Source: a virus. From it: 64,000 nucleotides of DNA. The stretch is taken from IMG/VR virus record IMGVR_UViG_3300017773_000002, positions 1-64,000 of that record. One strand, given 5' to 3'. A program made the translations under genes and the position numbers. Each line of letters begins with the position of its first letter. The stretch's first letter is position 1. Shown here piece by piece: positions 10,534 to 19,455 of this stretch. The notes beneath the pieces were generated by a model, which saw only the letters and a program-made list of their open reading frames with translations, did not search any database and was not told the origin of the DNA.

Positions 10534-10895
10534 TGAAATTTTTAGATTTTGTAGTAAATTCTTGGAGGTCTGTTATGGACCTCCGATTCAACCCTTTGAG
10601 ATATATTCCTGATCCTGTACTTCAGTCTTATCTTATGTTAGCTTTATTCACTATGTGGAGTGGTTTTTTTGGGTTGATTGCTATCTACTATTTTGGGTGG
10701 CTTGGTTATAGTATTCCTGTTAGTATAGGAGTTCATCTCGCAATACTTATTCCTACAGTTATTACTAATGCAGTATTTTATGATGCAGAAAGGAATAACG
10801 CTCCGTGGTTAATCAAGTGGAAAAATAAGAAAAGCTTACTCAGTTATTTAAAAGGAAAGAATATAGTAAGGTGGGATTTAGACAAAGAAGGATAA
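10533..10895 (+). CDS. Membrane protein (2 TM)
   Basis: Two hydrophobic helices; translationally coupled to the upstream gene. Confidence 0.7.
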   Translation: MKFLDFVVNSWRSVMDLRFNPLRYIPDPVLQSYLMLALFTMWSGFFGLIAIYYFGWLGYSIPVSIGVHLAILIPTVITNAVFYDAERNNAPWLIKWKNKKSLLSYLKGKNIVRWDLDKEG

Positions 10896-10923
10896 TAAAA
10901 ATATATATATTATAGGATAAATT

Positions 10924-11235
10924 ATGAAGTATGATAACGGTAAACCCGATTTAAGTTTAATACCACCGGAGGCCTTAGTGGAGATTGCCCACGTAATGAC
11001 ATTCGGTGCGGAAAAGTATGATAGAGATGATTGGAGACATGATGGTGGTAACACCGAGTGGTCTCGAACCTATGCGTCTATCCAAAGACATCTGACATCT
11101 TTTTGGTCGGGTGAGGACTTAGATCCTGAGTCTGGTAGAAATCATTTAGCTCATGCCGCTACTCAACTTCTTATTCTTATGACACACATAAGTGATGGTC
11201 ATTCGGAATGTGATGATAGGTATAAACAGAGATGA
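10924..11235 (+). CDS. dATP/dGTP diphosphohydrolase-domain protein (DUF5664-like)
   Basis: KYDNGKP.LSLIP, VMTFGAEKY, RHL, GEDLDPESG.NHLAHA. Confidence 0.85.
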   Translation: MKYDNGKPDLSLIPPEALVEIAHVMTFGAEKYDRDDWRHDGGNTEWSRTYASIQRHLTSFWSGEDLDPESGRNHLAHAATQLLILMTHISDGHSECDDRYKQR

Positions 11236-11576
11236 AAATAAAAAGATTGTTGTGGAAAATATTTTCTAGTACTGGAGTTATCTGGTTATGGATTGATTTC
11301 CTAAATGAGAATAGAAAATATAACAGAAAGAATTTAATTTTTTATTCTGGTATGTGTTGGTTGTCTTTATTTTCTATTCTATTATCTACAATTCATTCTC
11401 CAATATACGGTTTTATAGCCTGCATCTTACTTATTATGTGGATGTTATTTAACACTCTTTATAGGATATCAGAATCTCTTGGATCTTACTTTATTACTTT
11501 ATTTTGGGTAAGTATTTTTGTGGGTATCTGGTTTTTCCTTGTTATAAATTCTCATATATTTGTGAACTTACCGTAA
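11232..11576 (+). CDS. Multi-TM membrane protein
   Basis: Three to four hydrophobic segments; AT-rich. Confidence 0.6.
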   Translation: MKIKRLLWKIFSSTGVIWLWIDFLNENRKYNRKNLIFYSGMCWLSLFSILLSTIHSPIYGFIACILLIMWMLFNTLYRISESLGSYFITLFWVSIFVGIWFFLVINSHIFVNLP

Positions 11577-11577
11577 T

Positions 11578-11748
11578 ATGGAACTAGACTTTAAATTTAA
11601 ATCCGTTAGTAGAGTAGAAGTTATTGATGGTTCTGGTAGGTCCTATACTAACCTTAAGGTTAAGGATCTTGTTATGTTGTCTCAAGATGAAGGCAAAACT
11701 TTAAAATTATTTATAGATGAAAGGAAAGATTCAAATGAAAAAAGGTGA
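11578..11748 (+). CDS. Small hypothetical protein (56 aa)
   Basis: MELDFKFKSVSRVEVIDGSGRSY... fills the gap between genes. Confidence 0.55.
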   Translation: MELDFKFKSVSRVEVIDGSGRSYTNLKVKDLVMLSQDEGKTLKLFIDERKDSNEKR

Positions 11749-12007
11749 AGTGGTATCAGTAGTAAATATGGCTGGAGAGTATGTAGGAAGAATTAAAGAG
11801 GAGTCTTCTACGAAACTTGTATTGGAAAATCCTAGGATGGTTGTTAATGGTGACCAAGGTATGGGATTCGCTATGGGAGTGTGTGTCACTGGGAAGGAAA
11901 ATCCGGAAGAAGTTTCTTTCTATACAGCTGGAATAGTTTTTGTCACTCCGGTAAATGAAGATATAGAGAAGGCATACATAACATCAACAAGTGGGATCAT
12001 AATCTAA
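11735..12007 (+). CDS. Sm-like fold hypothetical protein
   Basis: GEVVSV..AGEYVGR..LENPR..YITSTSGII pattern. Confidence 0.5.
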   Translation: MKKGEVVSVVNMAGEYVGRIKEESSTKLVLENPRMVVNGDQGMGFAMGVCVTGKENPEEVSFYTAGIVFVTPVNEDIEKAYITSTSGIII

Positions 12008-12684
12008 TGGCTGAAATCACTATCCGAAACAAGGAACTTCTTTCTACTTTAGATGGATTTGTTGAAGATATGTTCAGCAATTCTACATACAAAGATCCCA
12101 AATGCTTTACTTACCATGAAGAGTCTGATATGGAAAGAGGAGAGTACTATTGTTCAGAAGAGTATCTTCAAGATTGTCTAAGTAGATTCCCCACACTGGT
12201 CGGTCCTCCTGATAGATACTTTGCTATTCCTATTGCGAAGTTGGTTAGAGAGTATCCTGACCAGTGGACAGATTATATGCAGAAAGTGAAGTATGACTTT
12301 GCCGCAGACTTGGGTGCTCATACTTCAGCATTATTATCATACTATCCGCCAGGTGGTTTTGTGGGATGGCATACTAACTATGATGCAAATGCGTATCAAG
12401 TTTTATTCACTTGGTCCAAAGATGGTAATGGTTTTTTCCGGTACCGAGACAGTGACGGAAAAATTGTGACGGAACAGGATGTGCCGGGCTGGCAAGCACG
12501 TCATTATTATTTTGGTGCAGAACATGAAGTCGAAGATCATTGTTGGCACTCTGCTTATGCTGGTGGTGAACGTCTTACTCTAGCATATAAGTTTGTTAAT
12601 GATGGTGGTAAACAAAATACAGTAAAGGACGAACAGGCTAGATACCTTAGAGATTTGTTGATAGAAGATATTGAAACCGAATGA
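12007..12684 (+). CDS. 2OG-Fe(II)/cupin-like oxygenase
   Basis: YYPPGGFVGWHTN ... WHSA ... RLTL. Confidence 0.6.
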   Translation: MAEITIRNKELLSTLDGFVEDMFSNSTYKDPKCFTYHEESDMERGEYYCSEEYLQDCLSRFPTLVGPPDRYFAIPIAKLVREYPDQWTDYMQKVKYDFAADLGAHTSALLSYYPPGGFVGWHTNYDANAYQVLFTWSKDGNGFFRYRDSDGKIVTEQDVPGWQARHYYFGAEHEVEDHCWHSAYAGGERLTLAYKFVNDGGKQNTVKDEQARYLRDLLIEDIETE

Positions 12685-13391
12685 ATTATGACATAGAAAA
12701 TTTTAATGAATTGGGTTATGTTATAGTTACAGACTTTATGTCTAAAGAAGAACACTTTAATATAAATCAAGAATGTCATATTCAAACAGCATTAGCAACT
12801 TCCCTTAAAGAAAACAAGAATGGTTGGGTGATGAACTCACCAAATAATCCATGTAAGTTAGACGGTGCCTTTAAGTCTAACGATACTTTTAGAGGTGTAG
12901 CATCAAACACCACACTAAAATCTATTGCCAAAAAACTATTAGGAAAGAAAGATATTGATACCTATATATCTAAATTTTTCCCTATGGTCCCGAAGGAAGG
13001 TTTCTCTGTAGATTGGCACCAAGATAACTATTACATTAGAGCAGACTCTTCTAAATTAATAAGTTGTGATTTTTTTGTTAATGGTGCGACTAAAGAAAAC
13101 GGATGTCTCAGAATAATTCCTGAGTCTCATAGAAATATACATGATCATGAGAAAGAGTCTCATGGTTTTTTTAGATGGATGAATGTAAACGAAACTCACC
13201 CCTCTATAATCGATATAGAAATGGAACAACCCTTTGCGGTATTTTTTGATGTCAATTTAGTTCATGGTTGTTATCGTAATACCAGCGAGGCTTCGTATAG
13301 ATATAGTATTGCTTGGGAATATATTGATAGGAAGTATATTCCAAAAACTCATAATGGACATCAATCACAAGATAGGTTAAGAGTACAATGA
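12681..13391 (+). CDS. Phytanoyl-CoA dioxygenase family 2OG-Fe(II) oxygenase
   Basis: WHQD, ENGCLRIIPESH, LVHG..N.S...R. Confidence 0.88.
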   Translation: MNYDIENFNELGYVIVTDFMSKEEHFNINQECHIQTALATSLKENKNGWVMNSPNNPCKLDGAFKSNDTFRGVASNTTLKSIAKKLLGKKDIDTYISKFFPMVPKEGFSVDWHQDNYYIRADSSKLISCDFFVNGATKENGCLRIIPESHRNIHDHEKESHGFFRWMNVNETHPSIIDIEMEQPFAVFFDVNLVHGCYRNTSEASYRYSIAWEYIDRKYIPKTHNGHQSQDRLRVQ

Positions 13392-13594
13392 AAACACCAA
13401 TGACGCAATTTAGAATAGCGCCTGAATTAAAGGAAAGGTTCAGAAAAGTTTGTGAAAAGAAGGGAATATCTATGAGTGATGTTGTCAGAGAGATGATAGA
13501 AGATTATGTTAATCTCAATACAGTGGGATTAGATCAAGATACTAGTGTGGTTATTAATGATGATGTCGATGATGATTGGAGAAGAGTGTTATGA
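13388..13594 (+). CDS. Ribbon-helix-helix DNA-binding protein
   Basis: TQFRIAPELKERF...KGISMSDVVREMI. Confidence 0.75.
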   Translation: MKTPMTQFRIAPELKERFRKVCEKKGISMSDVVREMIEDYVNLNTVGLDQDTSVVINDDVDDDWRRVL

Positions 13595-13815
13595 GTTTAA
13601 CTATGTTGGACGCACACAAGATATTAGATGATATGGTAGACCCTAATGTAGAATCTGTTATGGATTCTTATAGGTCTAGAGCTAAAGCGGGATTTGATAA
13701 ATATGGAACGGATACCACCAGAACAGATATAGATTTGATGGGTTGGTTAACGCACCTACAGGAAGAACTGATGGACGCTACCATCTACATTGAAAGATTG
13801 AAAAAGGAAATTTAA
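13591..13815 (+). CDS. Small all-alpha NTP-pyrophosphatase-like phage protein
   Basis: GFDKYGT...WLTHLQEELMDA. Confidence 0.5.
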   Translation: MSLTMLDAHKILDDMVDPNVESVMDSYRSRAKAGFDKYGTDTTRTDIDLMGWLTHLQEELMDATIYIERLKKEI

Positions 13816-14582
13816 TGTTACTTACTTCTGGTTGTAGTTTTGTTTGGGGTGATGAGTTGCCTGGGTTTGATGAAAATCCTCCTTCCCATTGGGATTATAC
13901 ATTCACACATTTATTATCAGAAAAATTAAATACTAACTACATTAACCTAAGTTCTTGCGGCGGTTGTAACGATAAAATATTTCGTGATGTTATTGATTAC
14001 CTATCAAACCCTAAAAATATTGTTCCGACACATATGGTAATCATATGGACCGCTTGGCAGAGAAGAGAAGTTTCTGAAAACATTCCGTTATCGGAAGAGA
14101 TATCTAGAGGACTGAAAAGAGATCTGAATATGAGTCAATATTCTGTTTGGAGGTTAAGAAATGTTTATAATAGAGATATTCGAAATGCATTAAAAATTTA
14201 TTATGGTTCAAGTTATGACTTTAAAACAGATTTAATTCATGGATTGTCAAAAATAAAGGCTATGGAAATTATATGCGAGTCAAAGGGAATAAATCTTGTT
14301 CAGGGGGTATTCCATAGGAATTGCTGGTCTAATTTACTTTCAACATTAGAATGTACTGAGGATGATAAAGAATACCCAGGCAAAAAAGAACAGATAGAAT
14401 GGATAAAAGAATCTCTCGGAAATTTAAAACCTAATAGTAGATTAGGTATGGGAAAATACAAAGATTTTTATACTCTCGCAGAAGAAAATGATGATGTTCT
14501 AAGATATGGCCATCCGGGCATAAAAAGTAATAAAAAATTTTCTGAAATACTATTCGAAATATTTTCAGAAAAAGAGATTTAA
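13815..14582 (+). CDS. SGNH-hydrolase-like protein
   Basis: GCSFVWG block I, G..N block II, C-terminal HP. Confidence 0.6.
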   Translation: MLLTSGCSFVWGDELPGFDENPPSHWDYTFTHLLSEKLNTNYINLSSCGGCNDKIFRDVIDYLSNPKNIVPTHMVIIWTAWQRREVSENIPLSEEISRGLKRDLNMSQYSVWRLRNVYNRDIRNALKIYYGSSYDFKTDLIHGLSKIKAMEIICESKGINLVQGVFHRNCWSNLLSTLECTEDDKEYPGKKEQIEWIKESLGNLKPNSRLGMGKYKDFYTLAEENDDVLRYGHPGIKSNKKFSEILFEIFSEKEI

Positions 14583-14583
14583 A

Positions 14584-14591
14584 TATAAATA
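14584..14591 (+). promoter_or_regulatory. T4-type late promoter
   Basis: Intergenic TATAAATA. Confidence 0.7.
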
Positions 14592-14656
14592 GGTTTATAT
14601 CCCTTGATGCTACCTTGGGATCTAAACCACCTGAGTATGTGGAAAACTGCTCTTTT
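14592..14656 (+). ncRNA. Candidate small structured RNA (hairpin plus H-type pseudoknot)
   Basis: ATCCC/GGGAT stem; CCAC/GTGG stem whose loop GAGTA pairs with downstream TGCTC; T-tract follows. Confidence 0.5.
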
Positions 14657-14680
14657 ATTTAATTTAGAGATCGATTCTGT

Positions 14681-14688
14681 TATAAATA
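14681..14688 (+). promoter_or_regulatory. T4-type late promoter of the curli-like operon
   Basis: TATAAATA 37 nt upstream of ORF 14726. Confidence 0.7.
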
Positions 14689-14725
14689 GTAGTATAATTT
14701 ATTTGACATATACGATACTACTAGA

Positions 14726-15004
14726 ATGAACTTTCTTACAATGGTAACTGATGTAGGTTTTCCTATTGCCTCCGCTCTCGCTGGGGGTTTCTTTGTATTC
14801 CTAACTTTACGATTTATTCTTGATGGTGTTCTTAGTGACATAAAAACCCAACGTGGGTTTGCAAAATCCTTAGACAATCGTGTCAAAACTATGAACAATG
14901 AACTTGTTCGTGTCGATGTTCTTATGTGTCAAGCATTTGGAGTTGCTCCGGATGTAGATAGAATTGCGCGAGCTGACGGACAAAAGGATGCGAGAAAGGA
15001 TTGA
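14726..15004 (+). CDS. Small membrane protein A (GFPI motif)
   Basis: VGFPI-TM followed by a coiled coil; paralogue of the next ORF. Confidence 0.75.
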   Translation: MNFLTMVTDVGFPIASALAGGFFVFLTLRFILDGVLSDIKTQRGFAKSLDNRVKTMNNELVRVDVLMCQAFGVAPDVDRIARADGQKDARKD

Positions 15005-15267
15005 TGGAAGAATTGACTATTGCTGATGCTATAAGTAAATATGGGTTTCCCATTATTGCAGCATTTGGATTGGGTTACTTTATATTTTATATCTGGAAGT
15101 GGGTTACGACAGAAGTTGACCCTGTAGTTTCAGAATCTCATATGACATTGATAGCACTTATTGACAGGGTTAGAATGTTGGATAATGATTTGATTCGTAT
15201 GAAAACTAAATTGGACATGATAATTCAGGAGAAAGAGAATGAAAAAAATAACCGGAACATTGATTAG
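15001..15267 (+). CDS. Small membrane protein B (GFPI motif)
   Basis: YGFPI-TM; DRVRMLDNDLIR aligns with NRVKTMNNELVR of protein A. Confidence 0.75.
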   Translation: MMEELTIADAISKYGFPIIAAFGLGYFIFYIWKWVTTEVDPVVSESHMTLIALIDRVRMLDNDLIRMKTKLDMIIQEKENEKNNRNID

Positions 15268-15709
15268 TTTATTACTATGTGCAACTTACTCTTACTCAGA
15301 TCAAATTACTCATAAGTTTAAATCTCCTTCTTTTAGTGGTATAGGAACTTCTTCACATTATCTTACTATCGAGAATCAAGAAAGATCTCGTAGGGAAGAA
15401 ATAAAGGATGATATAGAATCGGCAATCGCACAAGCTGAAAGAGATGCAAACAATACTACGCAAGCAAAGTTCTTGCGTAATTTAGAAAGTAGAATATACG
15501 CACAGATTGCCAAACAATTGGTAGACAATATGTTTGGTAATACAGATTCCTCGGAGTCTGGTTTTTTTGAGATTGAAGGAAACTCTATCACCTATGAAAC
15601 TATATACGGTGGTGGAGCTGATGGTACTGATGTGATAAGAATCACGGTAGTCAGTGAAGATGGAACTGTTACTACTTTGGATGTTCCTATCGGTGCTGGT
15701 GGATTTTAA
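15239..15709 (+). CDS. csgF: Curli assembly protein CsgF
   Basis: Signal peptide, FKSPSFSG, F.RNLESRI.AQ...QL, immediately upstream of csgG. Confidence 0.8.
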   Translation: MKKITGTLISLLLCATYSYSDQITHKFKSPSFSGIGTSSHYLTIENQERSRREEIKDDIESAIAQAERDANNTTQAKFLRNLESRIYAQIAKQLVDNMFGNTDSSESGFFEIEGNSITYETIYGGGADGTDVIRITVVSEDGTVTTLDVPIGAGGF

Positions 15710-16596
15710 TGAGACTAATTTTATTATCTCTTATTATTCTATCGGGTTGCGCTGGAATACCTAAACCATCCATAATAGATTGTGAAGATCGAGTAGGTCT
15801 TCTAAACAAATATGTTTATGAGTGTAGAGAAAGTGCTGAGGTTGTGACTTTACCGGCTTCGGAGAAACTTGCGAATCTTCCGGCAGCTAAGGTTAAACCT
15901 ATAGTTGCGGTTTACAGTTTTAAAGACTTGACGGGTCAAAGAAAAAGTCGAGATAACATTGCGGACTTTTCTACTGCGGTAACCCAAGGAGCGGAAGCGT
16001 TTGTAATAGACGCATTAAAAACTGCGGGCAAAGGTTCGTGGTTTCGGGTTGTCGACCGAGTAGGGTTAGACAACCTTGTTAGAGAGAGACAGATTATAAG
16101 ATCTGCGAGAGAAGAGTGGGAGAAAAAAGATAAAAACAATAAACTCGACCCTCTTTTGTTCGCCGGTATTATTATTGATGGAGGGATCATAGGTTATGAT
16201 ACTAACATCGAAAGTGGTGGTAGGGGAGCTAGGTACCTAGGTCTGGGGAAAAGTTCTCAATATAGGAGGGATTCGATTGTCATAAGTCTTAGGGCAACAT
16301 CGACTCTCACTGGTGAAATATTGCTTAATGTACAGACAAGGAAATCTATATTGTCTGCTGGCGGTGGTTATGATGTCTTTAGGTTTGTTGATATGGATAC
16401 CAAACTTATAGAATTCGAAGATGGAAATGGTTTCAACGAAAGTGTCACATATGCAACACGTGCCGCAGTAGAAGAAGCTGTATTAGAACTAATTTACCAA
16501 GGTCATGATAGAGGATATTGGATTTTAGAAAAGAACCATAGACATCCACACAATAGTGATGGAACTAATAATAAACACTCTTTAAAGGGAGAATAA
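15709..16596 (+). CDS. csgG: Curli secretion channel lipoprotein CsgG
   Basis: LSGC lipobox, VAVYSFKDLTGQRK, FSTAVTQGA, LVRERQIIR, GGIIGYDTN, QYRRD. Confidence 0.93.
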   Translation: MRLILLSLIILSGCAGIPKPSIIDCEDRVGLLNKYVYECRESAEVVTLPASEKLANLPAAKVKPIVAVYSFKDLTGQRKSRDNIADFSTAVTQGAEAFVIDALKTAGKGSWFRVVDRVGLDNLVRERQIIRSAREEWEKKDKNNKLDPLLFAGIIIDGGIIGYDTNIESGGRGARYLGLGKSSQYRRDSIVISLRATSTLTGEILLNVQTRKSILSAGGGYDVFRFVDMDTKLIEFEDGNGFNESVTYATRAAVEEAVLELIYQGHDRGYWILEKNHRHPHNSDGTNNKHSLKGE

Positions 16597-16597
16597 T

Positions 16598-17452
16598 ATG
16601 AAGAGAAACAAAAAGTTGTTAGGGTTGGTTGTCAGTCTTATCATGACTAATGCCTATGCTGGCGACGCTAACGACAATGAGATTTTTATTGCACAGAGTG
16701 GTGATAATGTTGAGTTGACTATACAACAAATCGGTGCTGGTAACAAATATGGTGGAGATGATTTCACTGGTACATCTATTGATATGACCATGACAATTTC
16801 CAACTCGTACTTAGATTTAAAACAGGATGGTGACTACAACAAAATGTTTGGTACTATCGTAACTACTGGTTCGACTATCAACAATTTCACTGTAGGTAAC
16901 TACAACATATGGAATCAGAAGATAGGTGTTGCTAATGATGCAGATACACTAACTATAGATTCTGCTATAACGGGTAATACTAACACAGTTATTCTAAGAG
17001 CTGGTAATGCGGATGATGTTTATAACATATCCACCCCTCTCTGGAATCAGTCTAACGCAGAACAATTTTGGACAGTTAGTGGAAGTACTTGGTCTAGGAC
17101 AAATAGTGGTCAAACTGCATACTGGGGAACTTGGGATCCTACTGAAGGTACAGCTGATACTTTAGATATGGATCTAGATGTTACTGGTTCGGATAACACA
17201 TTGAATGTTTTCTTCAATTCAGACAACGCCACTTGGAACTGGGATGTTACTGGATCTAATAACTGGATTCAGACAAGTATGGAAGACGGTTCGGATAACA
17301 GACAAACGGTCGGTGTGACTGGTGATTATAACTTTGTTTTCGTGGGTCAGAATACTGGTTCCACAACTGGAGTTACTAACAATGCAATACTCGATGCGAC
17401 GTTTGCTACCACTCATTCAGATATTAATATTATTCAGTCTGACGCTAACTAA
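16598..17452 (+). CDS. Secreted curlin-like beta-solenoid protein 1
   Basis: Signal peptide; NEIFIAQSGDN and repeated (Q/T)xGxxN units; G/N/D/T-rich. Confidence 0.7.
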   Translation: MKRNKKLLGLVVSLIMTNAYAGDANDNEIFIAQSGDNVELTIQQIGAGNKYGGDDFTGTSIDMTMTISNSYLDLKQDGDYNKMFGTIVTTGSTINNFTVGNYNIWNQKIGVANDADTLTIDSAITGNTNTVILRAGNADDVYNISTPLWNQSNAEQFWTVSGSTWSRTNSGQTAYWGTWDPTEGTADTLDMDLDVTGSDNTLNVFFNSDNATWNWDVTGSNNWIQTSMEDGSDNRQTVGVTGDYNFVFVGQNTGSTTGVTNNAILDATFATTHSDINIIQSDAN

Positions 17453-18536
17453 TATATCTCTGGGATCTACCGATCCTATTGGTGATATAGTAGAAAGAAA
17501 TGGAGTTGCCTCACTAGTTCGAAAGGGTGGTGAGGAACTCTCTGTTTCTGAAAAAAATGTCCCAGAAATAAAATTGTTGGATACTGCGGTAACAGGTAAT
17601 GGAAGAATGCTCATTCAGTTTAAGGATGAGGAAGAACTTTCATTGATAGAACACACAAAAATATATATTGACGAGGCATATTACGATCCTGATCCATCCA
17701 AGTCTAGGATGGCTATCCGCATGGCTCAAGGTACCGCAAGATTTACTTCTGGACGCGGTAAAAGAATAAAAAAATCTAATATAAACCTCACTACTCCCAC
17801 CGCACAGATCGCAGTTCTTGGGACAGACTTCACCACCACTATCGATGAGATCGGAAGATCTCTTATAATATTATTGCCTGACGAAAAGACTGGTAAGTCT
17901 TCTGGAAAGATAATGATAAGCAATAATGGTGGAACAACTTTATTGGAAGAACCTTATCAAGCTTCTGTGGTGTCCTCCTATGATACTGCTCCGACAAAAC
18001 CAGTCGTCTTGTCAGGAATCAACACCACTATGATTAGTAATATATTCATCATAGTAGAACCGAAAGAAATTGAAGAGGTAAAAAGGGAAGAGGGATTGTC
18101 TTCTGAAAATTCTTCGGACAATATATTAGATGTAGATTTTCTAGAGTTCAATGAACTTGAAAATGATTACTTAGAATATGATGATCTAGAATTTACTGAA
18201 CTGGATATTGATTATCTAGATGTAGATTTTCTCCAAGATGTCTTAGATATTATTGCTGACTTGGATAAGATGACAGGACTAGATAAAGATAAACTAAATA
18301 CAGGAATAGATCTTACCGGAACCACATTAGGTTTTAATGTCGACACTCAGTACAACACTATACTCGACACTGGTCTAGGAACTGTAAAATTTTATAGAAA
18401 CATTGATGGTATAATAAGCCTTACATTGTTAATGTCTCAGAACGCAACCATAAGAACTATATCTAATCAGAAAGAATCTGAAATAGTTTTGGGTGACGGA
18501 CAGAGTGTTATTATAAACATCACTCAGGTTAATTAA
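17394..18536 (+). CDS. FecR-domain exported protein
   Basis: Signal peptide from ATG 17394; DTAVTGNG, TTPTAQIAVLGTDF; acidic linker. Confidence 0.8.
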   Translation: MRRLLPLIQILILFSLTLTNISLGSTDPIGDIVERNGVASLVRKGGEELSVSEKNVPEIKLLDTAVTGNGRMLIQFKDEEELSLIEHTKIYIDEAYYDPDPSKSRMAIRMAQGTARFTSGRGKRIKKSNINLTTPTAQIAVLGTDFTTTIDEIGRSLIILLPDEKTGKSSGKIMISNNGGTTLLEEPYQASVVSSYDTAPTKPVVLSGINTTMISNIFIIVEPKEIEEVKREEGLSSENSSDNILDVDFLEFNELENDYLEYDDLEFTELDIDYLDVDFLQDVLDIIADLDKMTGLDKDKLNTGIDLTGTTLGFNVDTQYNTILDTGLGTVKFYRNIDGIISLTLLMSQNATIRTISNQKESEIVLGDGQSVIINITQVN

Positions 18537-18537
18537 T

Positions 18538-19287
18538 ATGAAAAACATATTCTTTATAATTATAATGTTTAGTATCGAATTGTGCGCTGATAATGAGATA
18601 TATATCAATCAGTCCGGTGATAACCTTAACTTAAAAATAAGACAATTTGGTGACAACAACAAAGTCGATACTGCGATGAGTGGATACCAACTAACTATGG
18701 ATGTCCTTCAAGAAGGAAATAGAAATGAGTTGTTGAAGTCTGGGTCAGGAATATCTGGAGATGGAAATTCTATTACCACACAACAATGGAATAACACGAC
18801 TAGTTCTGATGTAAATAAGATGTACATTGATGTTAACGGAAATAATAATACCGTAAATGTAGGTCAAGGATGTAAATTTGCTGGAGGAATGTCAGACACA
18901 TCTTGTGATAGGGATACCCATGAGGATGCTGGACATACACTTTATGTTGATATTCAAGGTGGTAGTAATACTATCAAGGGCGGTCAGAAATCTGGTACAG
19001 CTAACCCCGATCACAACTTGTCCATAGATGTTGATTCTGATAGTAATGATGTCTTTTACACACAAGCTGGAAGTGGAGAAAAAAATCTAACACTTAATAT
19101 AGATAATGATTCTAATGATGTTACGGTCAACCAATTGTATGGAACTCATACGGCTAATGTGACTTTAGATGGTTCAGACCCAACCACATTAAATCTTACA
19201 CAACAAGGTAGTGGCGTTATGAACTACACCTTAACACAGAACTGCGTAACTTTGGGCGGTTGCACAATTACGGTAACACAACAATGA
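18538..19287 (+). CDS. Secreted curlin-like beta-solenoid protein 2
   Basis: Signal peptide; NEIYINQSGDN, QxGxxN repeats, ends C..GGCTITVTQ. Confidence 0.72.
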   Translation: MKNIFFIIIMFSIELCADNEIYINQSGDNLNLKIRQFGDNNKVDTAMSGYQLTMDVLQEGNRNELLKSGSGISGDGNSITTQQWNNTTSSDVNKMYIDVNGNNNTVNVGQGCKFAGGMSDTSCDRDTHEDAGHTLYVDIQGGSNTIKGGQKSGTANPDHNLSIDVDSDSNDVFYTQAGSGEKNLTLNIDNDSNDVTVNQLYGTHTANVTLDGSDPTTLNLTQQGSGVMNYTLTQNCVTLGGCTITVTQQ

Positions 19288-19451
19288 AAAAATATTGGCA
19301 GATATGGAAACATTCCTTGGGAGCATTCGATGAAGAGGATGGCTACAACCCAGATTCCGAGAATGCTATAGCGATAATAAGAACTGTCATAGTAGGAATA
19401 AATATTCTCTGTGGCATATTGATAATGGCCAATATCCTAAAGGACTGGTAG
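19284..19451 (+). CDS. Small membrane protein
   Basis: MKKYWQIWKHSLGAF... with a C-terminal TM. Confidence 0.6.
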   Translation: MKKYWQIWKHSLGAFDEEDGYNPDSENAIAIIRTVIVGINILCGILIMANILKDW

Positions 19452-19455
19452 TACA

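Noticed and set aside
14703-14727. sigma70 promoter for the curli operon
   Set aside because: TTGACA to TAGAAT spacing is only 13 nt; the late promoter at 14681 is a better fit
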